Shown piece by piece: positions 1 to 9,631 of a stretch of DNA of 64,000 nt; the first letter of the stretch is position 1; each line of letters begins with the position of its first letter. The notes beneath the pieces are model-generated. The model worked only from the letters and a program-made list of their open reading frames with translations. It ran no database searches and had not been told where the DNA came from. The DNA is taken from NCBI GenBank assembly GCA_900756765.1, contig CAAELE010000029.1, positions 6,221 through 70,220 of the forward strand, in the 5' to 3' direction. This DNA comes from an uncultured Collinsella sp. Its GTDB lineage: Bacteria > Actinomycetota > Coriobacteriia > Coriobacteriales > Coriobacteriaceae. The position numbers were made by a program, and so were the translations under genes.

Positions 1-301
1 CGTCGTTGGGATGAATCTGGATCGAAAGGTCGTCCTTGGCGTCCAGAATCTTAATGAGCAGCGGGAACTCCTTGCTCTCGCAGTTGCCAAAGAGCTCGCG
101 GTGCTCGGCCCACAGCCATGACAGCGTGTGACCGGCGTACGGGCCCTCAGCAATCTGGCAGTCGCCGTTGGGGTGTGCCGAGATGGCCCAGCACTCACCG
201 ATGGGACCCTCGGGAATGTCGTAGCCAAACACGGTCTCCAGCTGGCGGCCGCCCCAGATCTTCTCGTGGAAGATCGGCGTGAGTTTAATCAAATCGGACA
301 T
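1..301 (-). CDS. manA: Mannose-6-phosphate isomerase class I, 5' part (runs off the window)
   Basis: Manual translation of the minus strand: MSDLIKLTPIFHEKIWGG...GECWAISAHPNGDC...FPLLIKILDAKDDLSIQIHPND, typical PMI motifs. Not in the ORF track. Confidence 0.9.
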   Translation of the reverse strand, partial: MSDLIKLTPIFHEKIWGGRQLETVFGYDIPEGPIGECWAISAHPNGDCQIAEGPYAGHTLSWLWAEHRELFGNCESKEFPLLIKILDAKDDLSIQIHPND

Positions 302-373
302 GTGCATACTCCCATAAGGTTGTGCGGGCGCCGCGTAAGACGACTCAAAACGAGCACCCACCGGATAACAAAG

Positions 374-1093
374 CTAGGCCAACGTTACATTGTGCAACTC
401 AAAGCGGTCGCCAACGTTGCGCGAGGTCGAATACTCAAAGGCGGCACCGCTGTCCAAAAAGCCAATCTGGGTGAGCTCGAGCAGGGGAGAGCCAGGTTTG
501 GTGTCCAGACGCTCGGCTTCTTCCTCGGTTGCTGCCACGGCGCGAATGGTACGGTGGAAGCTCGAAATCTTCAGCCCGCATTGCTCGCGGATGAAGCGGT
601 AGAGCGATCCGTACAGGTCCTTCTTTTTCAGCCCCGGAATCAGCTCGAGGGGCATGTAGGTGTACTCGATAACGATGGGCTTCTCATCGGCCTGACGCAC
701 GCGCACGACGTGATAGGCAAAGTCATCCTCGGCAATTCCCAGCTGGGCTGCGATGTCCGCTGGTGGATTAACAATCGAGAAATCGTAGACCACCGAGGTC
801 ACCTTCTCCCCGCGGTGCTCATACGAAAAACCCTGGGCACGGTCGTTTTTGCCCTGGAAAAATGCTTGGCCGGGAAGTCCCGCCGTGTCCTTAACGTAGG
901 TACCCGATCCACGACGGCTGGTAATAAGACCTTCCTCGGTGATTTGCTCGATAGCTCGTTTGACGGTGATTTTGGAAACGCTATACAGCTCGCAAAACTC
1001 TACGACGGTGGGCAGTTTGTCGCCCGGTTTTAGTGCGCCGTCCTCGATGCTTCGACGGATATCCGCAGCAATCGCCTCGTATTTGGGAATCAT
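374..1093 (-). CDS. GntR/HutC-family regulator (GmuR-like, UTRA domain)
   Basis: N-terminal wHTH (KYEAIA...LPT...SKITV...RGSGTYV), UTRA-like C-terminus, divergent from the GH1-PTS operon. Confidence 0.9.
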   Translation of the reverse strand: MIPKYEAIAADIRRSIEDGALKPGDKLPTVVEFCELYSVSKITVKRAIEQITEEGLITSRRGSGTYVKDTAGLPGQAFFQGKNDRAQGFSYEHRGEKVTSVVYDFSIVNPPADIAAQLGIAEDDFAYHVVRVRQADEKPIVIEYTYMPLELIPGLKKKDLYGSLYRFIREQCGLKISSFHRTIRAVAATEEEAERLDTKPGSPLLELTQIGFLDSGAAFEYSTSRNVGDRFELHNVTLA

Positions 1094-1396
1094 GCAATCC
1101 TCCCTTCATATTTGCGTTGATATAAAGAGAGTATACCTACTTAAAAAAGCATCCATATGGCTTTCATCAAAGAAGTTCGATAAAGAAAAATTAAAAAGAC
1201 GCTTTACACAATAAATTAGAGCGCTATAGTTATAGACAACAAGCGAGATGCATTGGCGTTTGCTTGTGCTGTTTGGGGACGGTTTTGTTTTGGCAGGTTG
1301 GATATCGGTATGACCGGTGCGCGCCCGCGCCGGATAACCTGCCAAAGCAAACCCGTCTCCAACCGGAAGCTCTAGAACACGAAAGCGAGGACTTTG

Positions 1397-2797
1397 ATGA
1401 CGCAGTATCAGCTGCCCAACGACTTCTTCTTTGGCGCTGCTATGTCCGGCCCGCAGACTGAGGGTCAGTGGAACCAGGGCGGCAAGCTCGAGAACCTGTG
1501 GGACACCTGGTCCATCCAGGATCTGGGTTCGTTCTACAACTGCGTTGGCTCTTATGCCGGCAATGACTTTATGGCCAAGTACCAGGAAGACTTTCGCATT
1601 TTGAAGGACTTGGGCCTGAATACCTTTCGCACTTCCATCCAGTGGAGCCGTCTGCTCGATGCCGACGGCAACCTAAATGAGGAGGGCGCTGCGTGGTATC
1701 ACGAGCTGTTCCGCGCTTCTCGCGAGGCCGGCCTGGAGCCGTTTGTCAACTTGTACCACTTTGACATGCCCACCTACCTCTTTAACCGTGGCGGCTGGGA
1801 GAGCCGTGAGGTCGTAGAGGCTTACGCGCATTACGCCGACGTCGCCTTCCACGAGTTTGGCCAGGAGATTAAGTACTGGTTCACCTTTAACGAGCCCATC
1901 GTCGAGCCCGAACAGCGCTATCAGGAGGGCGTGTGGTTCCCGCAGCTCCACGACTTTAGCCGCGCCCGCACCGTGCAGTATCACATCTCGCTGGCGCATT
2001 CGCTGGCCGTGGCCAACTACCGCCGTGCCTATGACGAGGGCGCCGTTCGCAGCGATGCCAAGATCGGCATGATTAACTGCTTCACTCCGGTCTACACCAA
2101 GGAGAACCCCAGCGAGGCAGATCTCGAGGCCGTGCGTATGACCAGCGGCATCAACAATCGCTGGTGGCTCGACCTTATTACCAAGGGCGAGCTTCCTGCC
2201 GACGTGCTCGACAGCCTGGCCGAGGGCGGCGTTAAGCTCCCGTTCCGTGCCGGCGACCAGGAGATTCTCAAGCAGGGTGTTGTCGACTGGCTCGGCTGCA
2301 ACTACTACCACCCCACGCGTGTTCAGGCACCGGCGAGCAAGGTCGACCAGTACGGCCTGCCGCACTTTGCCGACGAGTACGTATGGCCCGACGCCGTTAT
2401 GAACGAGAGCCGCGGCTGGGAGATCTATCCGCAGGGCCTCTACGACTTTGGCATGGACTGCGCTAAGAACTACCCCGATCTTGAGTGGTTCGTTTCCGAG
2501 AACGGCATCGGCATCATGGACGAATACAAGAACCGTGACGCCGAAGGAACCATCCAGGATGACTACCGCGTCGACTTTGTACGCCAGCACCTGGAGTGGG
2601 TTGCCAAGGCAATCGCCGAGGGCGCCAAATGCCGGGGCTATCACTACTGGGCCGTCATCGATAACTGGTCTTGGGCGAATGCCTTTAAGAACCGTTACGG
2701 TTTTGTCGAGGTCGACCTTATGGACGGCTACAAGCGCCGCCTTAAGAAGTCGGCAGCTTGGCTCAAGCAGGTCGCTACGACCCACGTGGTTGATTAG
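1397..2797 (+). CDS. GH1 6-phospho-beta-glucosidase
   Basis: TFNEP and VSENG catalytic motifs, DNWSW, FFFGAA N-terminus. Confidence 0.92.
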   Translation: MTQYQLPNDFFFGAAMSGPQTEGQWNQGGKLENLWDTWSIQDLGSFYNCVGSYAGNDFMAKYQEDFRILKDLGLNTFRTSIQWSRLLDADGNLNEEGAAWYHELFRASREAGLEPFVNLYHFDMPTYLFNRGGWESREVVEAYAHYADVAFHEFGQEIKYWFTFNEPIVEPEQRYQEGVWFPQLHDFSRARTVQYHISLAHSLAVANYRRAYDEGAVRSDAKIGMINCFTPVYTKENPSEADLEAVRMTSGINNRWWLDLITKGELPADVLDSLAEGGVKLPFRAGDQEILKQGVVDWLGCNYYHPTRVQAPASKVDQYGLPHFADEYVWPDAVMNESRGWEIYPQGLYDFGMDCAKNYPDLEWFVSENGIGIMDEYKNRDAEGTIQDDYRVDFVRQHLEWVAKAIAEGAKCRGYHYWAVIDNWSWANAFKNRYGFVEVDLMDGYKRRLKKSAAWLKQVATTHVVD

Positions 2798-2917
2798 CGA
2801 CCGGGCGAACGCCCAGACCGCGCGCCGCCGCGCGCAACACATGGCACATCTGGTGGCAGAGGGCGACAGACCACCGTGCGCATAGGAAAAGGCCGGATTT
2901 GATAGTTAGGAGCAATC

Positions 2918-4261
2918 ATGGCCAGTGACAACGGAAAGAGCTTCCTCGACAAGTTTGCCGAGGTCTCTGCGAAGGTGGGAAACCAGGTTCACCTGCGTTC
3001 TCTGCGTGACGCCTTCGCGACCATCACGCCGCTCTATATCCTTGCGGGTATCGCGGTTCTTATCAACAACGTCGTGTTCCCTCTGTTCCCGCTCGATGCG
3101 GCGGGTCTTGCCAACCTTCAGACGTGGGGTTCGGCAATTACGCTGGGCACCCTCAACGTCTCTGCCATTATCTTGGCCGGATTGATTGGCTACAGCCTCG
3201 CTAAGAACAAGCGTTTCGATAACCCGCTCGCTTGCGTGGTCGTCGCTATCTCTGCTTTCGTCATCATGATGCCGCAGCAGATCACCGCCACGCTTGCCGC
3301 CACGAGCCCGCTGCTCACCGACAAGATCACCTCCGCCGAGGTCACGGGCGCCCTTTCGACTGCCAACACCGGCACCAACGGTCTGTTCTCGGCTATTATC
3401 ATCGCCCTGCTTTCCGTCTCGCTCTTCATCAAGATTTCTGGCGTCGAGAAGCTCAAGGTTAAGCTGGGCGAGGGCGTGCCTCCCGCGGTTTCCAACTCCT
3501 TCAACGTCATGATCCCGATGCTGCTCAACCTCGCGATCTTCGCTCTTGCCGCAGCCCTGCTCGCCGTGTGCGCCGGCACCGATCTGTGCGCCATCATCTC
3601 CACGTGCATCTCCAACCCGCTCAAGAACATCATGAACGCCGGTCCGTGGGCTGTTATCCTCATCTACACCCTTGCTAACCTGCTGTTCTGCGTCGGTATT
3701 CACCAGTCCACCATCTCTGGCGCTACCGTCGAGCCGATCCTGACCATGCTCATCGTCGACAACATGGCTACCTTTGCCGCCGGTGGCACCATCCAGCCCG
3801 ATCACTACATGAACATGCAGATCGTTAACAGCTTCGCCCTCATCGGCGGCTCGGGCTGCACTCTCATGCTCCTGCTCGACACGCTCCTGTTCTCCAAGAA
3901 CAAGGCTTCCGAGACCGTTTCCAAGATGGCTATCCTGCCTGGTCTGTTCAACATCAACGAGCCGGTTATCTACGGTTAGCCCATCGTGTACAACCTGCCG
4001 CTCATGATTCCGTTTGTCCTCCTTCCCGATCTGTTCATCGGCATCACCTATGGCCTTACCTGCGCAGGCATCATCAGCCCCTGCATCGCCCAGGTGCCCT
4101 GGACTATGCCTCCCGTCATCAATGCCCTGCTCGCTACGGGCTTTGACTGGCGCGCCGGCGTGTGGCAGGCTCTCGAGATTGTCATTGGCATGGCCGTCTA
4201 CCTGCCCTTTATGAAGATTTCCGAGAAGGCAATCGCCAAGCAGGAGGCTCTCGCCGAGTAG
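2918..4261 (+). pseudogene. PTS cellobiose/lactose-family IIC with in-frame TAG at 3977-3979
   Basis: LRDAF and FNINEPVIYG*PIVYN motifs; the frame continues unchanged after the stop to a normal IIC C-terminus (YLPFMK). Confidence 0.85.
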
Positions 4262-4422
4262 AACGCCTAACGTTCGTCCCTTTCACCTTTGCGGGCGCCG
4301 GTACGCGGTGCCGGTGCCCGCGGCTCTCTCCCTTGCGTAAAGATACAGGGGAGTGGGCACAATAGCCGCAAGGAATAAAACCAGTTGTCGTCTGCGCGCC
4401 GCGCAGTTATAAGGAGGAAACC

Positions 4423-4725
4423 ATGAAGAAGATCATGCTCTGCTGCAATGCCGGTATGTCCACGAGCCTGCTGGTCCAGAAGATGCAGGCCGAGGTTGCA
4501 AACCGCGGTCTGGATATCGAGGTCGAGGCTCGTCCCATGAACGAGGCCCACGATCACCTGGACGAGTGCGACATGTTGCTGCTTGGCCCGCAGATCGGCT
4601 ACACCAAGGGCGATTTTGAGAAGGAGGTCGCTGGCCGCTTCCCGGTCGAGGTCATCAACATGGTCGACTACGGCCGCATGAACGCTGCCGGCATCATCGA
4701 CCACTGCGTCAGCGTGATGGGCTAG
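4423..4725 (+). CDS. PTS cellobiose/lactose-family IIB
   Basis: CNAGMSTS phosphorylation loop, LLGPQ. Confidence 0.92.
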   Translation: MKKIMLCCNAGMSTSLLVQKMQAEVANRGLDIEVEARPMNEAHDHLDECDMLLLGPQIGYTKGDFEKEVAGRFPVEVINMVDYGRMNAAGIIDHCVSVMG

Positions 4726-4734
4726 GTGCTCCGC

Positions 4735-5067
4735 ATGGAGGATATGAACGAACTGCAGATGACCTGCTTTGAGATCATCAGCTACGTCGGTACCGCCAAG
4801 AGCATGTACATCAATGCCGTGCAAAAGGCCAAGGAGGGCGATTTTGACGCCGCCGAGGAGCTTATCAAGCAGGGAGACGAGGCCTATAACGGTGGCCACG
4901 ATGTTCACATGGGGCTTCTGAAGAAAGAGGCCAACGGCGAGCGTAACGGCGAGGCCCCGTTGATTCTGCTACATGCCGAGGACCAGATGGCCGGCACCGA
5001 GACCATGCGCGTCATGGCGACGGAGCTCATCGAGATCCACAAGCAGCTGCAGGCACTCAAGGCCTAG
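4735..5067 (+). CDS. PTS cellobiose/lactose-family IIA
   Basis: FEIISYVG and LLHAEDQM motifs. Confidence 0.9.
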   Translation: MEDMNELQMTCFEIISYVGTAKSMYINAVQKAKEGDFDAAEELIKQGDEAYNGGHDVHMGLLKKEANGERNGEAPLILLHAEDQMAGTETMRVMATELIEIHKQLQALKA

Positions 5068-5308
5068 TCGGCGTTATCGCCGCGATGGGCCGTGCGGTCC
5101 AACAGACAACATAGTCCCTTTGACGGGCGCCGGGAGCCTCCGCCTCCCGGCGCCTTTATTTTTGGGGAAGATCTTGCGCGGCCTGTTGAGCAGCCATTTG
5201 CGTTTCCCCAGATAGACCCTGCCAAAACAAACCTGCCCCTTTTTGGTAGGTTTTTGCCTTGGGAGCGGTACCATACAGGCAATGTTTAAACGAGAAAGGT
5301 GGGCTCCC

Positions 5309-6262
5309 ATGGAACCTAAGCAGTACTACATCGGCATTGACGTCGGCGGCACTTCGGTTAAGGAGGGCCTGTTCGACGAGGACGGAAACCTGCTGGCCAA
5401 GGCCAGCGTGCCCACGCCTCCCATCGTTGACGCTGCGGGCTTTGCCGCGGTGACCGAGGCTATCGACCAGGTGGTCGCCAAGGCACGGATTCCGCGTGCC
5501 TTTGTGGCGGGCATTGGCCTGGCCGTTCCGTGCCCCATCCCGGCATCGGGCGATGCCAAGGTCAAGGCCAACATTGCCATTAACCTGCCCGAGCTGAGGA
5601 TCGCCATTCAAAAGCACTGCCCCGACGCGGTCGTTAAGTACGAGAACGATGCCAACGCCGCTGCCATGGGCGAGGCCTGGCTCGGCTCTGCCAAGGGCGT
5701 GCAGAACGTGGTGATGGTCACCATCGGTACCGGCGTGGGCGGCGGCGTTATCGTTAACGGTGACGTGGTGTCGGGCGTTGTGGGCGCCGGCGGCGAGATT
5801 GGCCACATGTGCCTGAATCCGGCTGAGGAGCGCGCCTGCGGCTGCGGCGGCCATGGCCACCTGGAGCAGTATTCCAGCGCCACCGGCGTGGTGAGCAACT
5901 ACCTGGCCGAGTGCAAGAAGGCGGGTGCCGAGCCCATCGAGCTCACCGGCCCCTCCGATTCCAAGGACGTGTTCCAGGCCTGCCGCGAGGGCGACAAGCT
6001 CGCGCTGGCCGCGGCCGATACCATGGCCGACTATCTCGGTCGCGCTCTGGCGCTTATCGCCAACGTGGTCGACCCCGAGATGTTCCTGATCGGCGGCGGA
6101 GCCTCCGCCTCGGCCGATGTCTACCTCGACGCGGTTCGCGAGCACTTCCAGCACTATGCGCTTTCCGCCTCGCGCGAGACGCCCATCGAGGTCGCCTCGC
6201 TCGGCAACGATGCCGGCATCATCGGTGCCGCCTACGTAGCCCTGCGCGCCGCCGGTAAATAA
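5309..6262 (+). CDS. ROK-family sugar kinase (glucokinase-like)
   Basis: GIDVGGT, ENDANAAA, GTGVGGG, GEIGH, CGCG motifs. Confidence 0.92.
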   Translation: MEPKQYYIGIDVGGTSVKEGLFDEDGNLLAKASVPTPPIVDAAGFAAVTEAIDQVVAKARIPRAFVAGIGLAVPCPIPASGDAKVKANIAINLPELRIAIQKHCPDAVVKYENDANAAAMGEAWLGSAKGVQNVVMVTIGTGVGGGVIVNGDVVSGVVGAGGEIGHMCLNPAEERACGCGGHGHLEQYSSATGVVSNYLAECKKAGAEPIELTGPSDSKDVFQACREGDKLALAAADTMADYLGRALALIANVVDPEMFLIGGGASASADVYLDAVREHFQHYALSASRETPIEVASLGNDAGIIGAAYVALRAAGK

Positions 6263-6506
6263 GTTCGCTCGTTGGCGCAAAGGGGACAGGATGCTTTGCG
6301 CCAAGGTTTAGCGCGGCAAACTGAATATGGCTCCTCGGCAGGAGTCACATGGAGCTCGGGCCGTTGTCGCCCGGGCTTTTTGCAGACGCATGGATCGTTT
6401 GACGCCCTAATTTTTATGGAATCGCCCAGGCCTAATCAGTCGCCTGGTGCTAAATGAAAAAAGACGGTACTGGTAAAAACAGGCTATGAGCTGAGGGGGG
6501 CAGACG

Positions 6507-8366
6507 ATGAAAAGCAGGCGATTCGAGGTCCTTGCGACCACTGTCGCAGCCGTTCTTATTGTCGCTCTGGCATTCGCCTACCACGGTTTTATGGCTCAGA
6601 AAATCTATGATGAGAACACCGAGAATCTAATCTCGACCTATGAGCAGATGGACAAAACTTTTGAGCTGTTTGCGCAGCGCAACTGGAATGTTATGGCTGA
6701 TTGGGATGCACTACTGGCGGCGGCGACCGAAGACGGCCATATCGAGGACGTCTGGATCCGGGCACGGAGCCAGAAGGACTCCTGGGGGTATCGCGACGTC
6801 TATCTCTTCAACCAGAATGATGACTTTATCACCGACGGCGGACGCTCGGGCAAGGCCGGCAGCATCGATGGCGTATTTCAGAAGATGTACGAAAAGGGCA
6901 CGCCTTGGATTTCGAGTTATATCGCCTCGGACGGGATGCGACGAATCGTCTTTGCTCTGCCGTTAAGTCAGCCCTTTACCTTTGGGGGTGTGACGTATAC
7001 CGGTCTCGCCGTGAGTTATGACAACGATACGGTCATGGATATGGTCGCGGGCGATGTATACCGCGGCAAGAGCGATTGCTATGTGGTCCACCAATCGGGT
7101 GATGTGGTGTTTTCGCTGCAACCAAAAAGCGAGATCAAACCATTTGTCTCAAACATTATGGCCTATCTGGGCGAACATGCTTCTTTTTCGCGAGGGAGTT
7201 TCGACGAAATCCAACGGCAGGTCGGCCGCAGTAAGGGGGGTAGCGCCTTTTGCACACTTAACGGGCGCGGGTACTATCTGGTCTATCAGCCGGCGAGAAT
7301 TGGCGACTGGTCAATCGTCGGCCTGGTGCGTTCCGATGTCGTGGATTCGGGCATGAATGGGGTCCAGCTCATCAGCACAGTTGCCATTGGAGTGGCCGGC
7401 GTGATTATCACGGCGCTGTTGGTAACGATAGCCGTCAAACGCGAGCGCGCAGATGCGAGGCTTAAAGATGAGGAACGGCAGGCGGTCGAGCGACAGCGGC
7501 GAGCTATTAGCCGGCTGTTGGGCGGCATGGGGCGCATCGTCGATCGTTTTGTCGTGGTCGATCTTGTCGACGGTACTTACGAATACCGCGAGAATCAGAA
7601 ACGAGAGCCGCAGTATGCCCTAAAGGGTGATTATGCAGACCTGCTGAAGGAGGTTTCTGCCCGCTACGTTGTCTTCTCCGAGACCGAGGATACCGAGCTC
7701 GCAAATCTGCTTGCGCCCGAGCGACTGCGCAAGATGGTAGGGACGAGCAATAACATTATCAATATTGAGTACTGCGCGCGAAGCGGAAACGCCTACAAGG
7801 ATCTCAGCGTCGTTCCGATAGAATGGGGGCCCGACGGCATGGTCACGCGTCTTTTGGCCATATCTCAAGACATTGGCCAAAGGGTAGAGCTCGAGACCAT
7901 GGCGAACACTGATGGACTTACGGGCCTGTTCAACGAGCGGTACTTTAGCAGTGTTTTGCATAGGTACGAGATGCAGGCCAAGCCATTCACTTTGTTCTAT
8001 CTTGACCTCGACCGCTTTAAGCCCGTCAACGATACGTATGGGCACGACATGGGCGATAAGCTGCTCAAGGCGGTGGCGGGTCGATTGCGCGACTGTGTAC
8101 GCCAAACCGATTTTGCCTTTAGGATTGGCGGCGATGAGTTTGCACTGGTCATGAACGGCAACATGGATGACGCCCTGTGTCACATGATGATTGACCGAAT
8201 TGACCGGACAGTGCGGCTTCCTTTCGGTATCGACGGCGTTACGATTGAGGTTGGCGCGAGTTGCGGTTGGGCGGTTTATCCGGACGATGGCGGCTCAGGA
8301 GAGGTGCGTATCCTCGCCGACCAGCGCATGTACGAGTGCAAGGAGCGCAACCACGCCGAGCGATAG
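6507..8366 (+). CDS. Membrane sensor diguanylate cyclase (extracytoplasmic Cache-like region + GGDEF)
   Basis: Two hydrophobic helices, DGLTGLFN, DLDRFKPVNDTYGH, RQTD-x5-GGDEF. Confidence 0.88.
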   Translation: MKSRRFEVLATTVAAVLIVALAFAYHGFMAQKIYDENTENLISTYEQMDKTFELFAQRNWNVMADWDALLAAATEDGHIEDVWIRARSQKDSWGYRDVYLFNQNDDFITDGGRSGKAGSIDGVFQKMYEKGTPWISSYIASDGMRRIVFALPLSQPFTFGGVTYTGLAVSYDNDTVMDMVAGDVYRGKSDCYVVHQSGDVVFSLQPKSEIKPFVSNIMAYLGEHASFSRGSFDEIQRQVGRSKGGSAFCTLNGRGYYLVYQPARIGDWSIVGLVRSDVVDSGMNGVQLISTVAIGVAGVIITALLVTIAVKRERADARLKDEERQAVERQRRAISRLLGGMGRIVDRFVVVDLVDGTYEYRENQKREPQYALKGDYADLLKEVSARYVVFSETEDTELANLLAPERLRKMVGTSNNIINIEYCARSGNAYKDLSVVPIEWGPDGMVTRLLAISQDIGQRVELETMANTDGLTGLFNERYFSSVLHRYEMQAKPFTLFYLDLDRFKPVNDTYGHDMGDKLLKAVAGRLRDCVRQTDFAFRIGGDEFALVMNGNMDDALCHMMIDRIDRTVRLPFGIDGVTIEVGASCGWAVYPDDGGSGEVRILADQRMYECKERNHAER

Positions 8367-8440
8367 ACGTTGGCGGCCGCGGCCGTGCCGCGTGCTACCA
8401 TAGAGACGTATGAGTACACACACGCATATGGAGGAAACCC

Positions 8441-9364
8441 ATGGCAAACGTTCTTGTCTTTGGTCACCAGAACCCCGATAACGACGCCATCATGAGCGCC
8501 GTCGTCCTGTCCCAGCTGCTCAACCAGGTTGAGTATGCCGGCAACACCTACGAGGCCTGCGCCCTTGGTCAGCTTCCGGCAGAGTCCGCCAAGCTGCTCG
8601 CCGACGCCGGTATCGCCGAGCCTCGCGTGATCGAGTCCGTCGAGGCCGGTCAGCTCGTCGTCCTCACCGACCACAACGAGTCCGCCCAGTCCGTCGCCGG
8701 CCTTAAGGACGCCACAGTCTTTGGTGTTGTCGACCATCATCGCATCGGCGATTTCGAGACCGCCGGCCCGCTGCACTACATCTGCCTGCCCTGGGGCTCC
8801 AGCTGCACCATCGTCACCAAGCTCGCCGGCGTGCTCGGCGTTGAGCTTTCCGACGTTCAGGCCAAGCTGCTGCTCTCGGCCATGATGACCGACACGCTCA
8901 TGCTCAAGAGCCCCACCACCACCGATGTCGACCGCGCCGTCGCCGCCAAGCTCGGCGAGCAGGTGGGCGTCGACCCGGTCAAGTTTGGTATGGAGGTCTT
9001 CCTCACCCGTCCGTCTGGCTCCTTCACCGCAGCCGAGATGGTCGGCAACGACATCAAGATGTTCGAGCCTGCCGGCAAGAAGCTGCTCATCGGCCAGTAC
9101 GAGACTGTCGACAAGACCCGCGCGCTCGGCATGATCGACGAGATTCGCGAGGCCATGCGCGCCTACGCCGCCGAGAAGGGTGCCGACGGCATCGTCCTGT
9201 GCATCACCGACATCATGGAGGAGGGCTCGCAGGTCCTGCTCGAGGGCGAGACCGAGGCCGCTCAGAAGGGCCTGGGCATTGCCGACGAGCACGACGGCGT
9301 CTGGATGCCGGGCGTCCTCTCCCGTAAGAAGCAGGTCGCTGCCCCCATCATGGCCGCCTGCTAG
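8441..9364 (+). CDS. ppaC: Mn-dependent inorganic pyrophosphatase
   Basis: GHQNPDND, DHN, DHH, SRKKQ motifs. Confidence 0.93.
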   Translation: MANVLVFGHQNPDNDAIMSAVVLSQLLNQVEYAGNTYEACALGQLPAESAKLLADAGIAEPRVIESVEAGQLVVLTDHNESAQSVAGLKDATVFGVVDHHRIGDFETAGPLHYICLPWGSSCTIVTKLAGVLGVELSDVQAKLLLSAMMTDTLMLKSPTTTDVDRAVAAKLGEQVGVDPVKFGMEVFLTRPSGSFTAAEMVGNDIKMFEPAGKKLLIGQYETVDKTRALGMIDEIREAMRAYAAEKGADGIVLCITDIMEEGSQVLLEGETEAAQKGLGIADEHDGVWMPGVLSRKKQVAAPIMAAC

Positions 9365-9384
9365 GTTTAGTTGACCAAACGCTA

Positions 9385-9424
9385 CGACCGGATCGCGGAC
9401 GCCCCGCGCTCCGGTCGTTTTTTG
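9385..9424 (+). terminator. Intrinsic terminator after ppaC
   Basis: cgaccgga...tccggtcg stem followed by a T run. Confidence 0.65.
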
Positions 9425-9631
9425 TGCACGGTGCCGCGTCGTCTCTTGGACAGGCGTGCCCGTGCCGTTGAGCAAATAATGTTCAACCTGTGGTTCCGCT
9501 TTTCGGCCACGCCTGCGTGCTTGTCGTGCAGGGTAGGCTAGATGCAAGCGTAATACGTTGGAGCGCGGCGCCGCCACTTGGGCGGGCCGTGCTTTTTTAA
9601 GACGGGAGCTTTCCCGTGAAAGGAGCCGCCC

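Noticed and set aside
3977..3979. Pyrrolysine or stop-codon recoding in IIC
   Set aside because: TAG terminates many ordinary genes here and no pyl genes are visible.
6263..6506. c-di-GMP riboswitch upstream of the GGDEF gene
   Set aside because: Only terminator-like hairpins are visible, with no recognisable class I or II consensus.
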